A stretch of DNA of 63,786 nt, filler included, from Olpidium bornovanus S191 (taxonomy: Eukaryota > Fungi > Olpidiomycota), in assembly GCA_017911155.1 (NCBI GenBank). It is 28 parts of 28 records of this genome, joined end to end, with 100 filler letters (N's around TTAATTAATTAA, not from the genome) between each part and the next. Parts side by side here need not be neighbours in the genome. Positions count along the whole stretch, not along the records: positions 46,880 to 49,989 come from JAEFCI010005764.1; positions 50,090 to 51,528 come from JAEFCI010002970.1; positions 51,629 to 53,119 come from JAEFCI010011087.1; positions 53,220 to 54,475 come from JAEFCI010009599.1; positions 54,576 to 56,341 come from JAEFCI010006676.1; positions 56,442 to 58,242 come from JAEFCI010012254.1; positions 58,343 to 61,891 come from JAEFCI010001703.1; 21 more parts are not named here. One strand, written 5' to 3'. A program made the position numbers and the translations under genes. The notes below the pieces were generated by a model. It worked only from the letters and a program-made list of their open reading frames with translations. It had not been told where the DNA came from and made no database searches. Shown here in pieces: positions 48,520-61,444 of this stretch (position 1 is its first letter; each line of letters starts with the position of its first letter).

Positions 48520-50196
48520 AACGCGACCAGAGAGACTTCCGCCGCGTGTTGGCTCGGGTGCGGAGCTTTCTCGCGGACGGCTCCTCGTCGTCTCTCTCTG
48601 ATCTCTCTCTCTCTCTGTCTCTCGCGCGGCCTCTTCTTTTTGCACGGCGTCCTTTCTGTCCGCGCGTTTTCGGCGGTGGCGCGAGGCGCGAAGGGCGGGG
48701 CGGGCGGGGGACTGTGGGAGGTGGGCGTTGTGCGTCGAGTCTGCCTGTTTATTTTCTTGGCCCAATTGTTTTTTTGCTGGATTTTCTTTTTTCTTTTTTT
48801 TTTTTTTTTTTTTTTTTTTTTCACACGTGTTGCAACGTTTCCAAAACGCCACCACCCGTGATCACCAGCGCCTACGTGTGATGATATTGTTTTGCAGGAT
48901 GGAAGGTTGCCGCTGGGCAATCTGCCACCGAACTCAGCAGTCAGCTCCACTCCTTCGATTCTGTGGAGCAGATGCTTATCCTACACACGCCCAGTTTCTC
49001 ACTATTGCTCAAAATTCTCATTATTGCTCATCCCGAATAACGGCTGTCGACGCGTTCTCCTCTTCTCGCTCGCAAACACCGATGCGTTCGCCCTGTCTCC
49101 TCGGTTTTTTTTTTGTTTACATAATCAAGGTCTCTGGCGCATGCGTCTTCTTCGGTCGCAAACGTGGTCTTGGCCGGCACGATGCCGTGTGTCCGCCAAC
49201 CTCAACGTGCCAATTGCTTTTGAAAACCCCCTCCCAGCTGACCTTGGCAGAATTTCTCTTTGTCCGCACCCGAATCAGCAGAGTTCTGCCTCCATCTCCC
49301 CTTCCTCGCCTTGCGGCAGACACACCGTCATGGATTGGCAAACTCCCAGGAACAAGCCGTCACTTCCCGTCTGCTGTGGCGCTTGCCATGCGAAATGCCG
49401 TGCGTGCATGTCCGTTGCTCGGGTCTTCCTCGTCTGCCGAGTGATTCGCCCTTCCACGAAGAGCGGGATGTCGCGAGACGCGCCCGTCGTCGAAATGTCA
49501 TCTGCGTAAAGGGAAAATCGTGCAGGCCGGCAGACCTACCCTTATCGGCCAAAACAAAAAAAAAAAAAAAAAAAAAAACTAAAAGCAGAAAGAAGGCCGC
49601 GTTATGAATATCCTTCGATCCTCGACGTGAGGTCGTCATCGGCTCCCAGGCCCAGGCCCAACCCGCCTTGCCTTTGCCAGAAGTCGGTTAACCCCTTCCT
49701 CCATTTTTCCCAGCTTCGCGATAAAGAAAATAATAGAGATTGTTCCCTTGACGGTGTCTTTCAACGTCTTTTCCATCGGCGGTACGCACTACCGAACGGC
49801 TGCGCCGCACCTCGTGCCACAAGGAAGCCCCCCCTCTCCCCCCCCCACGCAACGGCAACGCATACGAATTCCCCAGGTCCCCCTGGTGGAATAGGAGGCA
49901 GGTGCTACTGCGCCTTTTCCTTCGAGCACGCCGAGGCGGACGTCTTGTATAGCGAATCCGGGACGAATTTCGCTCACCTGAACATGAAANNNNNNNNNNN
50001 NNNNNNNNNNNNNNNNNNNNNNNNNNNNNNNNNTTAATTAATTAANNNNNNNNNNNNNNNNNNNNNNNNNNNNNNNNNNNNNNNNNNNNCACTAGCTGTT
50101 TCCTATTTTCGTCTGCAAATCATCAGGCAGCGAAGTCGTCAATCTCCCGGCTAACCCTTGCAGATGCCAGGCTGCGTAGCCGTTCAGCCCACCCAC

Positions 50197-51376
50197 CAGA
50201 GTGCGTCATGTTTAACAATGCACCGGTCGCGTTCCGTTGCACGCGGGGGTCCTTCGAGCGCGCCAGGCGGATGAGCGGATTTAGCGCGCCGCTTTTGGCG
50301 ATCTTTGATTTGTTTTCGTCTACGAGTAACGACCATTTTAGTCGAAAAAATACAACGAATTAGCTGTGCCGTCGGCATTGTCTATCGTACCATGTGTTGC
50401 CAAATTTGTGATGCAGCCTACAGCGTTGCACTGCACTTCAACATTAGGCGACATCATTTGTCGTATCAACGGCTCAAGCCCACCCAATTTCACAATTAAT
50501 AGCTTGTTCGAAGCTGTTTCGGACGCAAGCCAAACGGCGGCGACCATCGCGAGAGGCGCCGCACGCGGTTAGCCCGAGCGGATAATTTTGCGCCACTTGC
50601 AAGTTGCTAAAGGCTACGCACGGTCAACAGCCAGGTTCCCCAGTGCTGCCGACGCCGCGCGCTGAACTTCCACGTCATGGGATTGCAGCAGGAAAAGCAG
50701 CGGCTCCAGCGTGTTTCGGTCTACAGCACGAACGTCTGAGAGCGAGGGCGTGGTGCACAAAGTGATAATCGAAGGCCCGCCCAGTCAGCTGGACTTTCGC
50801 CAAACTTTGGGCGGCAGGACGGTTTCATCAAAGGTGAATAATCAACTGAGAGCTCACCTTTCTCCGTTATCTCGGCGAACGCCAGCGCGGCCGAGCGTTG
50901 CAGGTCCACGTTGTCCGAGAACGCAAGCGTGGACAACGCTTGAAGCGGCTCGCCAAGAAAAAAGTTCACTTCCTGCCGGTCTACAGGCCGAAGCAAAAGA
51001 CAGCCCCAGTCCTTCGTGAGTTTCGCCCGCCGTATCTACCTGATCGTTGTGTGGCGATGCCGGGGCGCCACCACGCCGTCCCGCTGGAAAAAGGAAACGG
51101 CGAGGCTGCCCTTACGTTCCAGAAACTCGAGCAGATTCGAGACGGCCTCCCTTTCGTTATCCTGGAGCAGCGGCTCGTACAGCCCGCCGCGGTCGCCTTC
51201 TGCCCGAGGAGATAGGCGAGAAGGATGGTGCAAATAGAGCGATCAACTTTGCACAAAAATGGCCAACGGAGCGTGGGCAGGGCTGAGCTCGCGACCTGAT
51301 AACGAATAAATGTGCTCCCGACACACGCACTCTTCAGGCCGAAACAGGAGGAGCAACAGCTCACGACCCCGCCCAT
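50197..51376 (-). CDS. VAC8: Vacuolar armadillo-repeat protein Vac8, 3'-partial
   Basis: [143 protein letters not shown]. Confidence 0.97.
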
Positions 51377-52044
51377 CGCTTTCCCCTCTCTGCCGAGTGG
51401 GGGCTGAGGGGAGCTGACGGTTCGGAACCGAGGCAGGCTCCTCCTCGTCTCCACCCGTCGTCTGGCGCCGGCCGGAGTTTAGGACAGTGTTTCGTCGCCC
51501 GGCAGATTCTTCTGGCGGCCGTCTCATGNNNNNNNNNNNNNNNNNNNNNNNNNNNNNNNNNNNNNNNNNNNNTTAATTAATTAANNNNNNNNNNNNNNNN
51601 NNNNNNNNNNNNNNNNNNNNNNNNNNNNACTCGCGAATAATAAAAAAACCAAAACATAGCACCCTTTGAGGAAGCGTCGGCGGTCTCTCGACGGACCCCC
51701 CACGGTAGCCTAGTTCCAATCGCCTGCGACTGCGACGCTCTCGGACGAGTGGCCGGCAGCTCCCAGGGTTGGAGGGCAGTAGCGGGGAACAAAGAGGACG
51801 CACCGGAGCTCGCGTCGAAGGAGGCTTCAACGGCCACAAGGAGGGAACTTCAGCGTCTCGCGGTCACCCGTACTTGCGGCATTCTGCGCCCGTAAAACAG
51901 CCCACAGCTGCCCACCCAAGCCTGCCGAAACCCTGTCGGAGTCGAAAGTCTCCCGACAAATTGGCGCTCCCAAGCAGGAACGGCGGGACGTGAGAGCAGG
52001 GAGGGCCCGTACGAGAGTGCCCAGAGGGCGAAGGGACAGCAACG

Positions 52045-52530
52045 ATGGAGACGGGGCCTTTGGACGTGTGCGCGCTCGCCGCGCAGATGCGGTCTGCGGA
52101 AGTCCGCGCGGCGACGGTCCAATTCACCAAGGACACGTGGCTGTTCCGCGAGGAGAATATATCGGCCTACTTGAGGAAGTTCGAGACCAGGGTCCGACAA
52201 TGGGAGCTTTCTGACGCGGAACTCCTTCGCTACTTCAGGCTGACGGTACACGAGGACTGTGACGACCTGGTCGCAGTCACGACAGAGGGTGGGTCTTGGA
52301 GGTAGGCGAAGGAGAGGCTGCGGAAGACGTTCAGGTCTACGGACCTAACAAGGATGACGCCAAGACGCTTTATGGAGTGTGTCGAGGCGCCTCGTGACGG
52401 CGCGGACCCGGAAGCGGTGATGTGTGAGTTCAATCGGAAGTTCAAGCAACTCGACCAGCGTGAGAGGGCGAGGTTTTACGACCGCACGGAGTTCCTACTC
52501 CGGGCGCTGCCGGCTAACAGGCAAACGTAA
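52045..52530 (+). mobile_element. Retrotransposon gag-like relic with one in-frame TAG
   Basis: FREENISAYLRKFE...LLRYFRLTV...GSWR*AKERLRKTFRSTDLTRMTPRRF...EFNRKFKQL...EFLLRALP resembles Ty3/Gypsy capsid-domain patterns. No pol follows. Confidence 0.65.
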
Positions 52531-53545
52531 GCTTTTCCTTTGAATGACTGAGCTCGCTTCAAGATCTCGCGTCGAGGGGCCTGGGCGAGAACATCGATAC
52601 CACGGGCGGCCAACACACTATTTTGTTCTGGAAACAAAACGTTTTTCTGAGAAGCTTGTCAGGTCTCGGACAGGGAAAACTTCCTTGAATTACCTATATA
52701 TCTGTCTTACCGTGACATTGTGCACCGCTGACACCAGTGGAAGAAACGTATTGTTAAGGCTTCTTTATGCTTGCAGCCCGCACACACGTTGCCGGCTTTG
52801 GAAATCTCCGCTTTCTGCTGCCTGACTCTGCCAAAATAGTTTTTTTTTTTTTCCAATCAGACCTGGTATTTCATACGAATTGCGGTCGAGTTACAAAGAG
52901 TTACTTGGCATTTTCTCCTGTCAGAAGTATTCAACGTGTTTTTCGCAATAGAACACGTGTTCGTAGCTTGACGAGAGTCACCCTGGCGCACTCCATTTTG
53001 CCGTTTGAACTGTACAATTTATGCCCAGAATTACTGGCCGAGTTGACTTGGTAAGCTTGCGAGCGGAACCGGAAAAGTCATCGGCGGAAGCATCTCACCG
53101 GTGTTTGAACTGGGACATGNNNNNNNNNNNNNNNNNNNNNNNNNNNNNNNNNNNNNNNNNNNNTTAATTAATTAANNNNNNNNNNNNNNNNNNNNNNNNN
53201 NNNNNNNNNNNNNNNNNNNTCATGACTTTCTTTGATCTTTGCAGAACAGACGCCGGACGATTGCGAGCGGATGGTAAGATGGCTGTCGAGAGGAGAGAGA
53301 GCTCTAAGAGCGAGAGAGAGGCCGCACGCACGCACACAGGCGTTTCCTCCCCCGCCCCGCCGCGGCCCCGGCTCCGGCTCCGGCGTGCGGACGGGCGCGG
53401 AACGCGCTTCTCGGGGGGGGGGGGTGTGCATTTATGTCACGCCCCCCGAAACAACCAACCCCCCCCCGCCCCCACACACACCCTGAAAATCCGCGCCTTT
53501 ATCGCTTTTCTTCCTTTTGCCGGAAAAAAAAAACAACCCTCCGCC

Positions 53546-54124
53546 ATGGCGGTCAAATCGTCGGCAAGGCGCGCCACCTCCGCGATCACGGCCTGCGCGG
53601 CAGCGGCGCTGCTGCTGGGCTGCTTCCTGTACCTGCGCCCGCCACGCCCGGGCGGCGGCGACGGCGGCCCCGGCGGCTACGGCCTGCGCCGGTACGTTAG
53701 CCAGTCCCCGGGCGGCGCGGACCCGGCGGACGCGATCGTAAAGTGCCTCCTGTCGCCGCCGGTGGACGACGGGTACTACGGCGTCGAGAGGTGCCTGAGT
53801 GACGTCAGGGAGTAAGTTGGTTTTTGTTTGCCGGCCAGAGGAGGAGGGGGGGGGGGGTCGCGGGGAAGCGGAAAGGGCGACAGACACGACGCGTCCGGTC
53901 GCCACGCGCTGATCCCTTTTCCCACACCCCACCTGCGACGCCCGTTCGGATCAAACAACCAAAAGGAAGCTGATGAACGAAGCGCTGGACCAGATCGGCA
54001 ACATGCCGCCTGAGAAACTGCAGAGGTTCCAGGGGGTAAACGCCGCGAACGGCTGGACGCCCAAGTGGCACGCCTTTGACCTGTTCCAGCCGACGTACAC
54101 GTGCAACCCGATGCACTTCATACG
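53546..54124 (+). CDS. Membrane-anchored SAM-dependent methyltransferase-like protein (Methyltransf_22/METTL24-like), 3'-partial
   Basis: N-terminal TM (AITACAAAALLLGCFLYL). Second exon ends WHAFDLFQPTYTCNPMHFIR, the motif that precedes RxGxxGDGGKWxC in this family; the rest is lost in the gap. Confidence 0.55.
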
Positions 54125-54398
54125 GTGGGCAGGGCGTGAATCTTTTCATTAACGCAGGGGGGTGTGGAGTGGCGGGGGACGCGGGGTGGTAGGGGAGGCG
54201 GGGGAGAGGCTGGGGGGGGAGGGGGGGAGAATTTCCGGTGCTGGAAACGTTCCGGTCCCTACGTTCCCTCCCTGCCCTCTCCCCGTTTTCTCAACCCAAT
54301 CGACACAATTCATTTCGGCCCCTCTCTCGCCCGTGCTTTTTTCTGTATCGCCCCACGCACCCGTTTCGTTTTGTTTTTGCTTTGCTTTGACCGTGTTC

Positions 54399-54437
<39 letters not shown>

Positions 54438-54575
54438 CCCCGGGGGGGGGGGGGGGGGGGGGGGGGGCCGGGAGANNNNNNNNNNNNNNNNNNNNNNNNN
54501 NNNNNNNNNNNNNNNNNNNTTAATTAATTAANNNNNNNNNNNNNNNNNNNNNNNNNNNNNNNNNNNNNNNNNNNN

Positions 54576-55104
54576 ACATGGACGAAGCGCTGTAAGTCCG
54601 AAAAAAACTTTTTATCCTTCTCGTGTTTCGCGATGCGTCTTGGCGGCACCGAAATTCCGGGCGGTAAAAAAAAATTAATTCGTGTCGCGGCACGTTTGTT
54701 TCCGCTCTGTGCCTCTTTTGCCGGGTCCTGGGGCTCTCGACTTTTTAAAAAAAAAAAAACAAAACAAAACGTTCGTGCTCGCGTTCTGCGTCCCTTTTTT
54801 GTTTTCCTTTTTGGCTCCGGCAAGTTCCAAGGAAGATCCGGCCGCGCTGTCGCGCCTGGGCCACTTCCTCAAGGGCTCGTCTGCGGCGCTAGGGTTACAG
54901 CGCGTGAAGACGTCGTGCGAAAAGATGCAGCACTACGGGAACCTGAAGGACCAGCACGGGTCCGGCAGCATCACGCAGGATGAGGCGCTCGACAAGATCC
55001 GGGAGCTGCTCGTTCAGGTCAAGGAGGAGTACAAGGAGGCGGACACGTTCCTCCGAAAGTTCTACGGCGAAGACGTGGGCGGTTCCGAAGAAGCGGAGGG
55101 CTGA
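54576..55104 (+). CDS. YPD1: Histidine phosphotransfer (HPt) protein, 5'-partial
   Basis: DMDEAL exon, then LSRLGHFLKGSSAALGLQRVKTSCEKMQHYG (conserved phospho-His motif) to the stop at 55104. Confidence 0.95.
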
Positions 55105-56278
55105 AAGGGTGGGGCGGAGGGCAGGGTGGGAAGCCCGAAACCAAAACACATCAAAAAAAACAACAAAAGTCTCCTGATGTGTAAATCTGACTGGCCGTTT
55201 TTTTTTTCCCCACCCCCCCGAAAAATGCTGCTCCACAGCGGAAACGCGTCCTTTCTCGGGGAGGGGGAGGGGAAGGCGGAAGGAGAGCGGAAAGGCGGGA
55301 TGAGAGGGCGGCTGGTCCGCGAACGGCTTTGTTTATCCCCATCCCCTCGTAACCGGCGCGCTTCTCGCCTCGGCCCGGTGCAAAAAAAAATATGTCGTCC
55401 TCTCTCTGCCTCTTTCCCACACGCGCCCCCCCCCCCTCTTCCCTTTTTTCCCCTCTTATTCCCGCCGGTCCTCTCTACTCTAGGAGGACCTTCCCACCTC
55501 AAAAACACACACACACACACACACGCCGCTCCTCCATGTTACGTAAAAATCACGTCCACTCCTCTACCCCGCGTGTTAAGTAAACATCACGTCTTTCCTC
55601 TCTCCCCCCCTTCCCGCCCGCTCCTTTTCTTTTTTTTTTCTTTGTGTTTTCCGGGGGGTTTTTTATATTTTGGCCCCTTTGAAGTTCGTCAGAAACCAAG
55701 GAAAGGTCGCGCCGCCCGGGGAAAAGGGCGTGTCTTTGCCGGCTCTTCCCCGGCCCCAACTTGTTGGGATAAAGGGGATAAAATCTATAAATGGGCCTAG
55801 CCGAGCTATAGTAGCGGCGCCACGAATACAGTTTTCCCTTCCTCTTCCGTCTTACGGGTTCACCACGTCTCCGCCTGCGGGTCCTCGAATACTCTCTCGG
55901 CTCCACTTTTACGACAAAACTTTTCCTCCCCCATTCACCCGCACGCGGCCCGGAAACGAAACGGGGCGAAGGGGAACAAAAAAAAAATGCCGCGCCTGCT
56001 GCGCTAACTTCTTCGACGCGCGCCCTATCCCCCCCCACACTTCTGCTCTCCATTTTCCCTCCTTTCCGCGGGCGCGCCTACGGTTTTTTTTTTCTTCTCT
56101 TTTCTCAACACCGGGCGGGTTCGTAAGCCGTCCCGGGAGCGGGAAAACGCGGGACGGAGTGGAACGGGCGTTCCTGTCAAACGACCGGGAAACCCCCCCT
56201 TCCCCCCCCCCCCTTCCCGGCCGTTCTCTTTCCCCCCCTCCCCCGGTGCTTTCACCCCGGGCAGGGGGGTTTTCTTTT

Positions 56279-56321
<43 letters not shown>

Positions 56322-56516
56322 GGGGGGTTTTTTTGGGGGGGNNNNNNNNNNNNNNNNNNNNNNNNNNNNNNNNNNNNNNNNNNNNTTAATTAATTAANNN
56401 NNNNNNNNNNNNNNNNNNNNNNNNNNNNNNNNNNNNNNNNNAAAAAAAAAAAAACAGAAAAAAGAAGAAGAAAAAAAAAAAAAAAAAAAAAGCACAAGGC
56501 GATCGCCCCAGCCGGC

Positions 56517-58242
56517 ATGCGGCAGACGTGCTACTACGAGTTGCTCGGGGTACGAGGTCAGAGGGGGCGGCGGGGGGTCGTCCCGAAGGACGACGCCGGG
56601 GTGCATCCCACCGTTGGGCTTCTCGAGGCGCTGCCGCCGCGTGACCCGGTCCCCCCGGTCCTGACCGTTTCCTCGCCGTGGTCCGCTTTCTCAAGGTCGA
56701 GCGCACCGCAAGCTTGGACGAGCTGAAGAAGAGCTACCGGAAGAGGGCGCTGCAGCTGCACCCAGGTAACCCAGCAGGGGAGAACGGGGCCCGGGGGGGG
56801 GGGGGGGGCGGGGGGGGGGGGGGGGGGGGAGAGAGGGAGGGGAAGGGAAGGGAGGGTTTCGTGGTCCGTGGAACCGCGTGCGCCTAGGAGTCGCCGGCGC
56901 CCGACCGACGTGTGCGTTTGCTGGCTGCCCGTTACGCAGAAACGAGTGCAAGAGCTCCCGCTGATAAGCTGCTGCCGCTGATGCTCAGACAAGAACCATG
57001 ACAGAATCGAGGAAGCGACGCGGCAGTTTGCGTTGCTGCAGCAGGCGTACGAAGTCCTCAGCGATCCTCAAGAACGGGGTATGGCTTGCTGCGCACGTGC
57101 CAAACAGCTGAAGGCGTGGTTCGTGTCCGGTTGACGTGTTCCTTCCGGTTGTATTCTGGTATTGAGCACAACAGGGTGGTACGACAGCCACCGCGAAGCA
57201 ATTCTAAGAGGAGGTACGCATGCGGCAACTCTGGGCCGTGCGCCAGGGCGTGCGCTCTCGTTGACGGTTGTATGCCACGACTCCAAACAGACGACCCCAG
57301 TGCCGGAGGCGCAGCAACAACTTGTTACGAGGCCGAGGGCACAACGGTTGACTGCCTGATGAAGTATTTCTCGGCGTCATGCTACCAGGGCTACGGGGAC
57401 GACCGGGGCTCTTTCTACACCGTGTACCGCGAATTGTTTGCGCGACTGTCAGCCGAGGAGGACGCCGCGGCAGCCGTCGACCAAGTTTACGGCGACGACG
57501 CGGACGACGGCGGCAGTGGGCTACCAGACCCTGCGCTGAAGGTTCCTTTTGGCGACGGGTCCGTCCCTTTCGTCCCGTCGTACGCGGCGGACAGCCCGAG
57601 CTCTCTCAAAGCCTTCTATGTCGCGTGGGAGCACTTGGCAACTAAGAAAAGTTTCCGGTGGAGGGACAAGTGGCGGTTGTCCGAAGCGCCGGACAGGAGA
57701 TACCGGAGGGCCATGGAGAAGGAGAACAAGAAGGCTCGTTCGGACGCCAAAAAGGAGTACAATGATACCGTTCGAGTACGTCGCCAGAGAATTTCCAGCT
57801 GATAAATGCTTCGCATTTGCGTTTTGCCAATGAACCGCCAATTACTGATGACGTACCGGTTGATGACGTAACGGACGCTGACGTTTGCTTGGCCGAAAGG
57901 AACTAGCTAGGTTTGTGAAGAAACGGGATCCTAGAGTGAAGGCATATTTGGAGGCGGTCAAACTGGAACAAGAGCGGCGGGCCGCAGCACGGAAAATGCA
58001 GGAGGTTCGGGATCGGGCGGAACGGCAGGCGGCTGCGAGAGCGTATGAGGCGCCTGACTGGGCGCACGTGTCCCAAGATGAGGTGGATCTCGCGCACCGG
58101 ATGTCCGCACTCGGCCAGTCCCATGGTGCTAGCGCAGAGCGTGGGGCGCGGCAGGGTGAAGCAGGAAGCGAGGGGGAGGACGTCGAGGAAGAGTTTTTCT
58201 GCGTCGCCTGCAAGAAGACTTTCCGCTCCGACTCGCAGTTTC
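56517..58242 (+). CDS. JJJ1: J-domain co-chaperone Jjj1/DNAJC21 with C2H2 zinc finger, 3'-partial
   Basis: CYYELLGV, ELKKSYRKRALQLHP-DKN (HPD split by an intron), [74 protein letters not shown]. Confidence 0.95.
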
Positions 58243-59622
58243 NNNNNNNNNNNNNNNNNNNNNNNNNNNNNNNNNNNNNNNNNNNNTTAATTAATTAANN
58301 NNNNNNNNNNNNNNNNNNNNNNNNNNNNNNNNNNNNNNNNNNCCATGCACGGTCGTTTTTGGCAGACATTTGCGATGTAGTGGCCTTTGCGAGAGCTCCC
58401 GGTCCAGTTTCAGCCGCCCGCTCATCGCCCTCCCGCCGGGCCCAGAAAATATACACGCAGAATTCCACGGACATACGGACAAAGCGGCGATAATGAAGAA
58501 AGCAATGGAGATGGGATTCTTATCGGTTTGCGCTATGGTTGATACCGTGCAGTCACATTAAGTGAATGCAGACAAGACCGGGGCCAGTAACGTACTCCTC
58601 TGGCTGTTCAGAGAAGATTTTTCTTCGCGGTGGTGTGTAAGTAAGTCTCCGTCGTGACGACAAGCAAGCTCGATAAAAAGCCGCATTGCAATGGAGGGTG
58701 CGACCGTCACATGTGTCGTCAAGATCTTCGCCAACGCACAGTCCAAAACCGCCACCAAATCAACGCTCACGGTATTCTGCAACTGTGGTAATTGGCCCGC
58801 AGTTTGCATTCAAAGCCCGAATTGCGCGCCAGGACAGTACGGTCTGGAGACCGAGGGATCCTGAAATGCTCAGGTGGAATTGGATTCCGTCTTTGCACCC
58901 ATGGCGGACCGCAAGGGCGAATGCACTCGATACATGCCACTTCAATTAAAGGAGCAATCTAAAGCTCCGGTTTACTCCAATTGACAAGCAATCAACGTTA
59001 CCCTTCGGTCGTAAATGCTCATACGCTTAAAGCTTTTCCTTAACCCCTTTCATGAGAGGATGCTAGGTACAAAATGGATTACCATGGATGCAGTGCACTA
59101 TATGTTCTGCGTATGAGACACACTGCTTATCTCTCCCTGGTGGCAATGCCGGCAGCGTCATTTCTGCTGCCGAAATGTGCTATGGTAAAGCACGCATGTC
59201 TCGTTTCCGCTCCTCCGCCGAGCGGCAATGCCAATTATTTTTTTTTCCCTTTCGCGAGAACCGAATGCATGGGGCCACCGCCCGAGCAAAAATGGTGTAG
59301 ACGCCACGGGCAGCTGGCGTCTGTTGGATCGACACGGAAAAGCAGACGCGTGCACACGCGCAAAACTCCCTGGAGCTGAGGACGACGTCTCTGCTCTCTC
59401 CATTGTCTCTCTCTCTCTCTCTCTCTCTCTTTCCCTCTCGCTCTCTCCCTCTCCCTCTTCCACCTCTTCCTCTCTCTTTCTCTCGCTTCCGCCCCTCCGG
59501 CACTGCTGCAGACTTTGCGAGACTTGCCGGGCAAAGCTTGTAGTTATAAAGTGGAACGCCGTGACAAGCAACGCGGAGTGCCAGGGCGCGCCACCTCGGC
59601 GCCTCGCGCGCCGGCGGTAACA

Positions 59623-61444
59623 ATGTCTGGAGAGCCGCCGGACAGTCTTTGCTGCCAGCACTGCGGCGGCTGTACCGCCCCGTCGTCACCCCGAGCAGGG
59701 GCTGCCTCGGGCTACGCGTCGACATCGGGACCCAAAGACGGGTGCGTCCTCGTTGCGCTGCTGTCGGGGGCACGCCGTAGTCTGGGCTGCTGGTCGGGAC
59801 CGACGTCCAGTAACGCTGACGGTGTAAACTTATCACTGTCGCGCTCGGTAGCGACGTACGTGGTTGATGGAACCGGGCGCGCGCGTGCTGGCCCCGTTGC
59901 TTGAGGAGGCGTTAGAAGGTCGACAATCTTACGACGGAAGGTCGTGACTTACGCTGTCACAGTTCCCGGGCCCGGTACCTGATCCAGCCGAGCGGCCACC
60001 ATGGAGAAAACTCCTTTACATTAAACAAAACTACCCGGATAACCATGTCGACGTCACTTTCCTAGAGGAGATGCAAAAAAACGGTGCGGCATAGGACATT
60101 GGACGGCGGGCCTTGTGGGAAGAGGAATGAATTTCTTGTCCTCTGTTACCCATCCCCTTGACTCTTGCTTCGCGACCTTCCAGTCAACGTGCGATCGTAC
60201 AAATACTGGGAAGTGGTGTGCGACACCGGAGTCATTGTCCAGCAAATCAGCAGCATTGTTGTCTTTGTAGCCATTTTTATTTACCTATACTTCGAGGTAC
60301 TGCTGCCAATCACCCTGACCACCATTGGGACTACTCTGACGGGAGCGGGCTACGTTTTCTGGGACCTGAGCAGCCGGAAAGCGGACCCATCATTTGAACA
60401 CAAGCGTACGTGGGTTATCTCCTTGTCGGACAACCTCTCTCTTGAGCCCGCTGCTCTTCTCCGGCGGACAGGCGCTTTGCGACGCCATGACATATTTCGT
60501 TTCGCGTGACCCAACATCTGGATATAGGCAAAAAGGTCGCAAAGGGCGCGCTCCTTTTCTCTTTAACGCTCTTGGGGCTGTCGCCTATCCTAAAAACGCT
60601 CACAAAGGATTCCAGCAGCGATTCGATTTGGGCGTTAGCGGTGTGCCTATTTCTTGCAAACCTGCTCTTCCATGATTACCGCTCGTCAAATAGGACGAAC
60701 ATTACGTGGGTAAAGAGGCCGTGTCGGGTTTATCTGTTGTATTGGTTCAAAATGTACCTAGCGCGTTCCGTGACTTACACTCGCACGCTCCCCGCTCCCT
60801 GCTGGCGGTACTGGGGCACAGATTCCCTGGTTCGTTCTCCCTAAACGCCGCGATCTTCGCGTCGGTTTTGCTCGCCTCACGACTCTCCTCGAACATGCAC
60901 GTCTTCAGCCTGCTGGCCTTCGCTGTGGAGTGGTTTGCGCTTTTCCCGATACTTAGACGGCACCTTAAGGTTGCTTATCGAGTTGTGCCGAAGCGCACGT
61001 AAACAGTATTTTGCTTCCTATCACGTTATCCTGACCCGCTGCATCCTTTCCTTTCCGCTTTTTCCAGACGTTATCCGTCAGACTCAACATTGCCATGACA
61101 ATCATGCTCTTCGTTACGACGAATGCGCTGTTTTTAAGCATATCCAAGGTCGTCGCAATCATATACTCTTTCACAGTCGGCTTCATCACCCTGGTCTGCC
61201 CCGTCTGGCTAATATGGATTCAGAGATACAAAAAGTGAGGAACGTTTAAGGTTGCGGTTGCCGCAGCTCGCAAACATTCGGCCGCGACTGGGCTTAGCGA
61301 GTGTTCTCAGGTTTTAAGCCAAATTCTTCGTTTTCGAATCTTTGCGTTTCCATTGCCATTTGCCCGCAACGCAGCGAGATCCACGGACCGTGGGACGAAG
61401 CAAGGCCGAAGCTGCGGAGGGTCTCGAGGGTGCACGATGATTGA
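59623..61444 (+). CDS. GPI2: GPI-GlcNAc transferase subunit PIG-C/Gpi2 (5' exon structure uncertain)
   Basis: [95 protein letters not shown]. Confidence 0.95.

Noticed and set aside
52960-53020. GVRQGD on the minus strand resembling a LINE reverse-transcriptase motif
   Set aside because: Not followed by PLSP or YADD, flanked by stops; probably chance.
58343-59060. Short protein-like frames on both strands
   Set aside because: No family motif and multiple stops; cannot be supported as a gene.
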